This document shows positions 53,000 to 64,000 of a stretch of DNA of 64,000 nucleotides, in pieces (the stretch's first letter is position 1; each line of letters begins with the position of its first letter). Below the pieces are notes generated by a model that was not told the DNA's origin, did not search any database, and saw only the letters and a program-made list of their open reading frames with translations. The position numbers were made by a program, and so were the translations under genes. The DNA is from the human T2T-CHM13v2.0 reference genome, Homo sapiens, in NCBI RefSeq assembly GCF_009914755.1, contig NC_060947.1; one strand, written 5' to 3'.

Positions 53000-54905
53000 C
53001 CCGCTAGTTTCAAACCCATATTATGGTTCATGTGTGTAATGTCCAAAAGACGTGCTGAAGAATAATAGTTGACAATACTTAATTTGGCATATTTGGTTAG
53101 AAAATTGTAAATAAAGCATATTGACATAGTCAAAAGTCAGTGGATAATTATTTAAAATATTACACTTGCCTGTAATTCTATTATTATAAAACAGTGACTT
53201 TCCTTTTTACTCATTCATTCATTCAACAAATATATAAGGAGGCTCTGTGATGTTATGTCTTATGCGAGAAGCCAGGGTCATAGCAGTGAACAAAGATCTG
53301 TGGTTATAGTTTTCCATTTAAAGGGATGGATACACAAACAAGTACAATAAAGTGTAGTAAGGGTAGGTATGAGGAGCACCTAGTAGAGATACCTAATTTG
53401 GACTGAGGGACTCATGAAAGGCTTCATGGAGAAAATGACATCTAAATTGAAGGAAGTGACAGTATCATTTACTTTTACAAATGCAGTAATACTTGTATCA
53501 GTTAGTAGGCTAATAGAACCCCAAAGAAATCCTCAAAATTTAGTGACTTAAAGAACACAATTATTTCTCCCTAACATAACAGTCTAGGTCAGGTGTTCTC
53601 CACATGGTGATCTAGGGACCCAGGGTCCTCTTGCTTTGTGCCTCTATAACTTCTATAGCCTTGTTACCTACGAGATTGAGGTTGGATTGCCACAAACGGA
53701 CATCAGCTAGTAGATGACCAAAAATGTGTAAAGGAGGCACCTGGCCGGGGAGTATCACACATCCCTTCTACTCATATCTCATTGACTAGAATTTAATCAT
53801 ATGACTACATCTAACTTTATATACCTAGGAAGCAGGTTAGAATGGATTTTGGTGAACAGTTACCAGAATTCACCATGATGGTATATGTAAAATCTTTTTG
53901 TAGATTCTTACTTTACTTTTCTTCATATCAAACATTTTCCATGTTTCTTCATAGTCTTCATTAATGTAGTAGGTTTTATTATTCTTCAATAAATTTGCCC
54001 CCTTCTCCTCTGGGTCCATCTCTATAGAACCTCTTCGGGGAGAGGGGCCTCCCTGAAGGAATAGTATCTGTCCCATTGATAGCAGGCTTGGTCATATGAC
54101 TTTCTTTGGTCAGTGGAATTTGTCCAGAAATGAAATATTCCACTTCTGAACATAAGCTTGAAGAGCTGTTATTCTGTTCTACTTTTTGTCCACTGCCATG
54201 AGACCAACATGGGGACTGGTCTTTCCAACTGGGTCCTAGGATGAAGCAGAGCTATAGCTAACCTGCAAAGGGTAGGTATTGTGAGTGAGAAATAAATCTG
54301 TGATAAATCACTGAGATTTGGGAATCATCTGTTACTGCAGCATAATCTAGCAAAAGCTTACTGAATTAATAATTATAATGTCTACATTGTTCCATTGCGG
54401 TATGCACACCAATTTTTTAAGCCATTTAAAAATACTGGATATTTAAGTAGTTTCCAATTTTCTGCTATTATATGTCATGCTAAAATTGACATCTTTATGC
54501 AAATATTATATTTCTTTTATATTATCTTCCAAGGACACATTTTTCAGATTAAAAAATTGAGTCAACATATATGACTATCATTATTGCTCTTGTTTCTAAG
54601 AGGGTTATATTGTCTGTGTATTAAGAGAGGGTACAGCAATAAACACAGAAACTACTCTAATATTTATTTGGAGGAGGTGGTTTTACCAGATCCCAGAATC
54701 CAGGGCAATTTAAAGGGAACCTGAATCATGGCTATGTCTGCCTGGTCAGAATTGTCCAGTAGTAGTTGGACCATCAAGGGAGGTTTGGTTTGGCAAAAGC
54801 TAAATCCATGGAAGAGATGATTTAAGAATCAGAAAAAGAGGGAGAAAAATACCGCAAACTCTTCCCTCTTGCTCTCCAATCTCTCCAATCTTGTGCCTGT
54901 ACCAC

Positions 54906-55220
54906 TGCTATAGTTTGAATATTTGTGTCCCCTTCAAAATTCATGTTGGGACTTAAACCCCAATATGGTAGTATTAAGAAGTGGGGTTTTTAGGAGGTGA
55001 TTAAGTCATGAAGACAGACCCCTCATGAATGGGATTATCAACTTTATGAAAGGGCTGTAGTGAACTACCTAGCTTTTGCTTATCTATCTCTTCTGCCATG
55101 TGAGTGGGGAACGTTTGTCCTTTTTGCCCTTCTGCTCTTCTGCCATGTGAGGACGTAGCAAAAAGGCCCTCACCAGGCACCAAATAGCAGCTCTTTGATC
55201 TTGCACTTTCCAGCCACACA
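54906..55220 (+). mobile_element. MST/MLT1A-type MaLR LTR fragment
   Basis: tgctatagtttgaatatttgtgtcccc...ccctcatgaatgggatta...gccatgtgaggac. Confidence 0.75.
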
Positions 55221-57832
55221 TAGAACAAACTCATCCGTCACCAACGAAGAAAACTCCAAAATACACACCTGTTACTACATACATCTCAAAGTCCAGGATC
55301 TCTGAATGATGTGCTGATGTGCAATCCTCTATATCAGGCTCAGATGTGTCTCCTTGTGATCCTGTGATTTATAAAAAGTAAGACAAGTTATGTGCCCCAT
55401 CCACAACATAATGGTGGACTAGGAACAAGGTAATAAGAACAGAAACACTGATGTTGGAAAGGGAAAAGGGGAACCACTCAGCAGTCATTATTAGTTCATG
55501 GTAATTATTAAGTCCTACTGGCTTGGAAATGCAAAAGCTCCTTGTCCTAACATTGGATTGAATTTCTTAGTTAGCCCATCTGACAGCTCTTAGCTCTGCT
55601 CTCTTAAGAAAACTCCTTGTCCATTGTCCTTTATGGACCTTGTCTCTGCTCTATGGAAGGTTCATTTTCATTGATTATTATGGCCACATTTGCAGTGGGC
55701 GGTTCTTGGGGATTGCTCAGCTTTCACAGCCTGTTTCCTACTGAGAAGTTTGGGGGGTCCTAACACTACATGAGGGCTCTAATCATGATAGGCATTTGCA
55801 AACCAGCCTTTTGGTTTCTGTGGCTTTTGGATTCCCTCTACTACTTAATAGGATTCTGGTCTATTTGCTACTTGCCAATTACATATAGAAGTAACCATAG
55901 TCTAAGATCTCTTCCAAGTAAATTCTTTTGCTGTCACTGTTCTCTGTGCTGATTCATCTTCCTCTCATTGAACTTAATAGTTGCTTCCTTAGGTTCTTCT
56001 TAATAGGTTTGTAAGAGAAGTTGACATACTTAACATGATCTCTACCTCTGCTCTGGTTCTCATTTACTGGTCAAAAGGAAGATGTGTGAGGAGCCACAAT
56101 ATTATTTCCTGCCAAGTCTTCCTTTTCTGCAGCCTCTTTAAGCTGCTTTACTGTGAAGTTGCAGAAAGCAGATGGCTTTTTCAATTGCGTAGGACTCTGA
56201 AATTGCAGGCCACGGGCAAAGAACATACTCTTGACAGAGCTATGTTCCCTCCATTTTTTGTTGCTTTCTGTCTGACTCTCACCAGGGTCCATCACTCTAT
56301 AGGATGTTGTTAAAAGTACTAAGATGCAGCATACATTCCCCCAACATTTGGAATCTTTCTTATCATTTACCCCAATGCCATTGCTTGCTATGCTCATGAG
56401 TTGTCTTCCAAGATCTTGCTGACCTTTGTTAATACTGTGCCTAGCTAAAATTTCTGTTTCCATGGAAGAAAGAGAAAATGGATATTGGGGAAGAACTAGC
56501 ATGCTCACACAAATGCCTATTGATTTGGACAGGTTCTTAATTCCATTCCATAAAGTGAGTCAGCAACTTGACTTGCAGAAGGCATGGGGCCAATGAAATA
56601 GAAAGCTGGCACCCTCAGATTGCCATACAGTACAGTATGAAAGGACTCACTGTAAAAAGGAAACCCAGACAGCCTCCTCCTCACCAAAACAAAAAATTGT
56701 GGCTAAATTTTTGCTAGTTTTGATATGACTGGTATAGATGCCTAAAGATTATCTCATAACTAGCAAAAACCTGACTTTCTGGTTCATGTCAAAAACTAAA
56801 TAAAAAAGAAATTAATTTTGAAAGTCTAACAAAACAGCTACCTGCTGATTTTAAAAGCTATAAAGGTGAGAAAAGCCATGCACTATTATAATATTTTTCA
56901 ATATGGTTGTCGGATTGCTGAAGTTACTTCTGAAATTCTTTTGTTTCCTTTTAGAAATATTCAATGTTGATTTGGAGCTTGTAACATATTCTAAATACCT
57001 CATGATATTTCTTTCTTTCTTACATTATAAAATAAGCCTTTAAAGAGAATAAAAAATTATCGATTGTCACAGAGATTTTTCCGTCTCTTCTCAGCATGTT
57101 CATATTATTTATTATGTCATTTTCTTGACGTTCATTTCATCTGATAAATGCACTCCAGATTCCTTCATTTCTAGCACTAAAAATACCTTCATTAGTTTGC
57201 ACTGTCAAAATACAAATTAAATATCAATTTTATTTAAAAATGGGAGTAATGGCTATTCTAAGAAGTTCTGGGACAAAGCCAATAGACTTCGAGAAATGCA
57301 TATTGCTATAGTTTTTTATACCAATAGAAATATAAGAAATTTTGCCTATTTGTTCACTGCTACATACCTGGTGCCCAGAATAGTACTTGGTGCACACTCA
57401 ATAAATGTTTATTGAATTAATAAATTGAAATCAATGAATTTCCTTTTAATAATTCTAAAATACACTGGAAATATTTAACTAAAGTAGTCAAAAGAGAATT
57501 AGGTCTTTTGAAGTCTAAAGAGGAGACAGCATGATGTGATTATATCGTGATGGCCCTCCAAAACTCCAAGTGGACATCTCGGCCCAGGTAACATAGACTG
57601 GATCGCTAATGGCATTGAGCACTGTTTCTGCCTAGACTGGAAACTAGCCTAAGGGGCCTTTCCTGTGTGTCCTTTCTCCTGAGCCCAAACTTAATTTCTG
57701 CTCAAGTGTCTAAGGGGTACAAGTAGGAGTAGAGGTCTTTTTCTTAGCTGAATAAGGAGTGAGGAAAAGAAGAAATATGGCCCATTTGTCATCGCCAGTC
57801 ACAGAAAGAGGTCATGAGTAAGATTCTGAGCA

Positions 57833-58100
57833 GGCTGGGCATGGTGGCTCACACCTCTAATCCCAGCACTTTGGGAGGCCAAGGCAGACGGATTACTTGA
57901 GGTCAGGAGTTTGAGACCAGCCTGGCCAACATGGTAAAACCCCGTCTCTACTAAACACAAAAATTAGCGGGGTGAGGCTGAGGCACGAGGATTGCTTGAA
58001 CCTGGGAGGCAGAGGTATCAGTGAGCCGAGATCACGCCACTGCACTCCAGCCTGGTTGACAGAGCAAGACCCTGTCTCTAAATAAATAAGTAAATAAATA
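57833..58100 (+). mobile_element. Alu (AluS) with internal deletion and (TAAA)n tail
   Basis: TSD aagattctgagca on both sides; start of the right arm is deleted. Confidence 0.93.
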
Positions 58101-58219
58101 AAGATTCTGAGCAAAAAAACCTCCACAAAGGGAATTCAGAGGGAGAGGAATCCCAATGGCTTATATACAGAAACATTTAACTTCCTAGATTATCATGCAA
58201 GCTGAGATAATTGATTTGA

Positions 58220-59050
58220 GATCTTTGCTTTTTTCTCAAAGAGGTGTTTAGTGCCATAACTTTTCTTCCAGGCACTGCTTTAGGTACATCGCACAAATTT
58301 TGATTTGTCATATTTTTGTTTTTATATAATTAAAAATTCTAATTTCTCCTTTGATCCATAAGTTATTTAAAGTTGTGTTATTTGAGGATTTTCCAGAGAT
58401 CTTTCTGTTACTGTTTTCTAATTTAATTTCACTGTGGTTGTAGAACACATCGCAAAATTTGGATCCTTTTAAATTCATTGAGACTTGCTTTGTGGCCCAG
58501 AATATGGTCTATCTTGCTAAATATTCCATGTGTATTTGAAAAGAATGTGTATTCTGCTCTTGGTACACAGAATGTTTTATAAATGTTAATTAGGTCACTT
58601 TAGTTCATAGTATTATTCAAGTTTCCTACATACTTGCTGATTTTGTTTACTTGTTTTTTCTGTTTACTCTGGATTGATTATTGAGAGAGTTGTTTCAATC
58701 TCCAACTGTAAATGTGGAATTATGTATTCCACCTTTCAGTTCTATCAGTTTTTGTTTCATGTATTTTGAAGCTCTGTTATTAAGTTTATAAATACTTAGT
58801 ATTACTATGTACTCCTCATGAATTGACCCCTTTATCATTATGGAATGACCATCTTTATCCCTTATATTCTTTGCTCTGAAATCTACTTTCATGTTAATAT
58901 AGCCACTCCAGCTTTATTTTTACTAGTGTTAGTGTGGTATATATTTTCCCATGCTTTTATTTTTAACCTTATTTACATCTTTAAATTCAAAGTGGATTTC
59001 TTGTAAGCAGCATATTTGGGTCTTGCTTTTTCATCCAATCTGATGATCTC
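58220..59050 (-). mobile_element. L1 ORF2 endonuclease-region fragment
   Basis: ORF 58695..58892 (KVDFRAKNIRDKDGHSIMIKGSIHEE...NNRASKYMKQKLIELKG...VGD) is the L1 EN domain signature. Confidence 0.9.
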
Positions 59051-60932
59051 AAAAATTATTAGAAGTTCTTTTCATATTTAGTTTGTATTACAAACTTTTA
59101 AAAGTTTTTTAATATGTATGTATGTATACATTGTATCTGTGTATGTATATGCAGATGTATATATTTTATAAATAAAGGTATGCATATATGTTGGAAAGTG
59201 TCATCAAAAATCTTTTTATTCACAGGGTAAACAGTAAACAAAGCATGGAGACCACAGCTTTAGGGGGAATGTGAACAAGTGACCAGTACTTATTTCAGGT
59301 GAAGAAAAATAAGGACTGAGGGGTGAGACAGAGTCTGGACATCACACACCTCTAGTTGAGTAGCATCCCTCTATCATATATGTGAATGGTATTCACTGGA
59401 ATTGTGTTAAGCTATGGCTTTTGCTAGAGGATCCATTTCGAGGAAAGAATAACAGAGCCATGTGTGAAAGAGGCTTTGAAGGGTCTGTTCCCAAGTGGAC
59501 TCAAGGCCAAGCAAGCTGTCCCAACATACATCATTGGTCATGAGTCCAGAAGGATTGCCCAGTGGAGGGAGATATGTATATTGGGGAAAGGACTGGAGGG
59601 AAGAGAGCAAGACAGAAAAGTTCCAGAAGCTGCATAGGGGGTCCTTCTAGTCTATAGCTAAATCTAAGTTATGCATGTTCATTGTTTAAATACATAGTGT
59701 GACCAAAAGCTGGAAAGGCAAAAGGTTAAATTACCATCTCTGAAAAGGAGATATTTTATAAAAGCTAATGCTTACAAAACATACTGTTAAAATAGTTCCT
59801 TGGATAACAAGTATATTCTGCTGAAGAATATTGGTAATAATAGTTCTAAGGACTAAATGTGTATGTGAACTGTCTAAAGATTACCTCACTCAACATCAGA
59901 TTTCTTGAATTTATTTTTTGAACTTCCAAAAGCAATCTAAAGCCTGCTATTTTCCAAGTGGTGGACTGAAGGTGTGAATTTCCCTCAGCCCTTGTAGGGA
60001 AGCACTTTGGAATTCATTTCCCTGACATGAGATTGCTTTCCCCAAAGCAATTTTGGAGGGAACATTAAGTGCTATAGAACTAGAATTGGAGAAATGGGCC
60101 CCACAAAATGTTTTTAATCAGAGTAGGAGCACATTTAATCACTGTGTAATAGAAGACTTTAAAGTAACAACACTTTGTTTAAGAGACTTATTGACTGGGG
60201 AGTTAATTTAAACTGGTCGTCTTCTTCTCCTCTTTGGCTTTCCATTTTGGAACTGTTTGGCCAAGATTGAGCTCAATATTTTATTTCTATTTGGTAGTTA
60301 TTCTACAGCCCACCATTGCCACTCCCTTTAGCATCTTCATCCTTTGAACTATAAATGGAAATTCTCATGTTTTGGTATTTGTTTTTGCAAGTTATACTTG
60401 TCTCTGACGATTCCCTTTTCGTTTGAGAAAAGCCAGAGTGGCACTGTGTATTTTCAGTCATATTCCCCCTGGTATCAAATGTCACAGCTGGGTTGCAAGA
60501 CGGTTTATTTGTATTATCATAGCATTTCCTTTAGATCTCTAGAGGCCTCTATCTCTAAAATCACTTGTCTACAGGAACTTCAGGGAGAATTATTTGACCT
60601 TTTAGAAAGTAAACTTTCCAACTGAGTATCTCCCTCTGGATCTAGGTTCAGATGGTTGTGCATGCGCATGTGTGCGTGTGTGGCTTGAGCTTTTAGGTTA
60701 ATATAGATTCTGACTTTTCAAAGTGATATAGTGTGTCTTTGATTTCCCAAACAGAAAGAGCTTTTGTTGATTGTGATAATGAGTACACTATAAATATTGT
60801 GGCAGGATAATATATTGAGATCATAATGTATGTTCTTTCTTCTTGTTTTTTCCTCCTTCATTCCAGAAAGTTAGTAATTCTTTTTGTGCACCTTCCCAGA
60901 GGAGGGTTTGTATTTTATTTGTAGGCAGAAAT

Positions 60933-61064
60933 AGGGTAACTAGCTATCCCAGTTTGCTCAGGACTTGTAGGGGGGGTTTGAGAGGGGAACAGTTCCTAGC
61001 ACATGAGACTTTCAGTACTGAAGCCAGGAAAATCCCAGGCAAGCCAGGACAAGTTGGTTGCCCT
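60933..61064. mobile_element. MER94-like hAT-Blackjack MITE
   Basis: TIRs agggtaact ... gttgccct; internal 'cccagtttgc' / 'cccaggcaagccaggac'. Confidence 0.7.
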
Positions 61065-61554
61065 AAGCAGAAGTCATGTACGAGATCCTTCCCATCTGGA
61101 TTTTTTTCTAAACCCTGAGCTCGTTGAAGAGAGGTGCCCTTAAAGGTAAGTGGGGAGAGGAATACCACGTTTATGTAAATTTCTTATTGAAATATAACAT
61201 ACAAATTAAAAATGCACACATCATAAGTGTGCAGTTCTACAAATTTTCACCAAGTAAACACACATGTAAGTAATATCCAGATCAAGAAAGAGAATATTTT
61301 CAGGATCCCTGAAGCCCCCTTGTGTATTCTTTTAGTCACCACCCCCTTGAATAACCATTATCCTTACTTAAAACATTTTAGATTAGTTTTGCCTGGTTTT
61401 AAAATTTATTTCAATGGAAACATACAGTTTATAATCTGATTTCCAGTTTCTTTCATTCAACATTATGTTTGTGAGATTCATCCATGTTGTTGTATGTTAT
61501 CTAGTTTGGTCAATTCTTATTGTTATATATATCCCATTATATGACCATATCACT

Positions 61555-62777
61555 CTCTTAATCCTTTTCTGCTACTATAATAGATTACCACAGACTGGAT
61601 AATTTATAAAGAAAACAAGTCTATTTGGCTCACAGTTCTGGAGGCTGGAAGTCCAAGATTAAGGGGCTGTTTCTGGTGAGGGCCTTCTTGCTGTGTCATA
61701 TCATGGCAGAAGGGCAAACAAGCACGTGAGACAGAGAAAGGAAATCAGACCAAACTTGCTTTTGTAACAAATGCAGTCTCATGATAACTAGCACACTCCC
61801 ATGATAACAGCAGTAATCCATTCATGAAAGTATAAACCCAAAATAAAATTCTAAGCTCTACAATTGACCACCTCCCACCTCCTTGGCCAAGAGCATTCCA
61901 AAGTAAACCTGAAAATCTAATTCAGGCCATGATGGGAAGTGAGGGTCAGGCATATTATACCCTCCTCCCTTTGGAATTGAGGCACAACTGACCAGCACTA
62001 ACATTAAAACAGAGATCTTAAGACTGACCAAACAGACTGTAGCAATAAGATACATCACATGACAGATAGCAGGATCTGAAAGAAATCAAAGTATTTTACC
62101 CTGAAATATATTTCTTTGACATATTTAAAAATGGTTCTGCAAAGCTGTCTGTTGTGGGGGAAATCTACATTCTGTAGAGAGTCCCCTTCCCTTTCCAGGT
62201 CTTTCCTGACCCAGGAGAGATTAAGTGAGAGTCTGGCACCTCTTTAAGTCCGATAAGAAACATTTACCATCTACTCTCTCTGAAGCCTGCTACCTGGAGG
62301 TTTCATCTACATAATAAGAACCTTGGTCTCCACAACCCCTTACCACAACCCTGACATTCCTTTTTATTGATTCCAGGCCTTTAGGTGAACTCAACCAATT
62401 GCCAATCAGAAAATCTTGGAATCTGCTTATGACCTAGAACCCCCTCACCCCCCCCACCCCACCTCCCCTTCAAGTTATCTCACCTTTCTAGACAAAACCA
62501 ATGTACGCTATACATGCATTGATTAACTCCTATCTCCCTAAAATGTATAAAATCAAGCTGTAACCCCACCATCTTGGGCACATGTTCTCAGACCTCCTGA
62601 GGCTGTGTCATGGGTGTGCCCTTAACCTTCTAAATTGATTGAAACTTGTCTCAGATACTTTATGGTTTACAAAGGCAGAGCCCTCATGGCCTAATCACCT
62701 CTTAAAAGTCCCACCTGTGTTATAATAGCAATTACATTTCAATCTGTGTTTTGGAGGGGACATTCAAACCATAGCAA
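61555..62777 (-). mobile_element. MST-type LTR, split by a MER4-group LTR
   Basis: 'ttggctcacagttctggaggctggaagtccaag' ... 'ccattcatg^^gcagagccctcatggcctaatcacctc' ... 'cattcaaaccatagca'. Confidence 0.8.
61831..62671 (+). mobile_element. MER4-group ERV1 solo LTR
   Basis: tataaacccaaaataaaattctaag ... tctcagatactttatggtttaca. Confidence 0.75.
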
Positions 62778-62859
62778 CCACAATTTACTTATCTATTCTA
62801 TTTTTGATGAACATTGTTTCCACTTTGGGACCATTATAAATAGTACTACTGTGGATATA

Positions 62860-63354
62860 TTAAAATCAGGAAAAGATGCACAGGGCAGAGTGTGGAAGGA
62901 TTCCCAAGGATTCCAAACATGAAGCTCCCATTGTTCTCAGGATGCATTACTCTCATGACAGCAATGTGTAACGATACCCACAAAGGATTGCCAACAATAT
63001 TCTGTGCAAACTGTCAACCCAGGAAGCTCACTTCAGCTTTTATATCCAGAGTTTTTACTGGGGCTTCATTGTGTAGGCTGACTGAGTTGTGGTTGAATTC
63101 AATCTCCAGCTCCCACCCCCATCACATAATTAACCTTTCTGGTATGTCTAGCCTCCACCAAAAGACTATCCAGTGTGGCTTGCCCCACCTTGAGTCATCT
63201 CCTTAGCATGAGCTATTGGGTGTGGTCCAAGTGGCTGACCATGGATAACAACAGTCCCATTACTCCAAAAATTCCAAGGCTTTAGAGGTTACCTTCAAGA
63301 GCCAGGACAAAGGCCAGACCACTCTTTGAGCAAGGCCAAATTCCTTACTACACA
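62860..63354. mobile_element. MER21-like LTR fragment
   Basis: 'ccagagtttttactggggcttcatt' ... 'gacaaaggccagacc...aaattccttactacaca'. Confidence 0.6.
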
Positions 63355-64000
63355 GGACCCTTTCCCCTTTTTCTATAAGACTCTTGGATTCTGATATAAC
63401 AATGAGAGAGGAGCTAGTCTGATAATGATTGGGATCATCTGCCCAGTGGGAACGGAGACCCAAAACAGAATTTAAGGTGATTTATAGAAAATAAAGCAAT
63501 ACCATATTTCCTATACATGTGATATAGCAGAATAGTATTTTGCAGTATAAACCAATGTGTTTTTCATTATTGGTAATTACTTTTTACCCCCAAAGCCCTC
63601 CCCTTATTAAAATGAACAGAAAGAAAAGAGAATCATTTACTTTTACGCTACAAAATAGGCTTTTGAAGCTCTTTGTGGAACTTAGATTTATGAAAGAAAA
63701 GATTTTGGGGCTGCAGGAGCCTGAGTAGTTTGAGTATCAAAACCTAAGGTCCTGAAGGCTTCAGGGTAGACACAGAAAGATCTGGAAAAAGACCAGATCA
63801 ATAATAGCTGCTTAAAGCTATATAAAGTATTCCCAGGACTAGCAGAGAGGAGACTCAGAGGGAAAAAAGAACCCTATACATGTGTTCCTAAGAAGGGGAT
63901 CAATTACCTGCATGCACTCTCTCTACCCCCACCTAGGTTCTCTAAATAAATGTGGGCACTAGGAAGGGGTTTTTCTATCCTTTGTCAAAGAGTAGAAGTA

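Larger units (their letters stand above)
61180..62860 (-). mobile_element. Old L1 3' end, split by an MST LTR
   Basis: Reverse L1 3'UTR text ('tcattcaacattatgtttgtgagattcatccatgttgttg') resumes at ~62778 ('ccacaatttacttatctattct'). Confidence 0.7.

Overview
Primate (very likely human; TAB3 is X-linked, from recall) genomic DNA carrying the 5' part of TAB3 (TAK1-binding protein 3) on the minus strand. It shows a CpG-island promoter with exon 1 (~45.3-45.5 kb), three further non-coding 5'UTR exons inferred from splice signals (27893-27995, 23669-23753, 23319-23422), and four phase-consistent coding exons (15689-15790, 10316-11762, 8978-9138, 2753-2846). These encode the CUE domain, a long P/S/Q-rich region and the coiled coil; the C-terminal NZF exons lie beyond position 1. 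The rest is intron plus ~18 kb upstream sequence rich in Alu, L1, MIR, hAT/Tigger and MaLR/ERV relics. I see no new gene or wholly new system. The best leads are post-transcriptional. The intron that splits the CUE domain holds two candidate 'off switches': a cryptic donor followed by (UG)17, as in TDP-43-repressed sites, and a stop-containing cassette exon. The 5'UTR includes an exonised L1 and several uORFs. Other leads are a structured AGCT/(TA)n quasi-palindrome, a young AluYd8 insertion, and recurring beta-strand-like motifs in the disordered region. Repeat subfamilies and boundaries were recognised by eye and are approximate.
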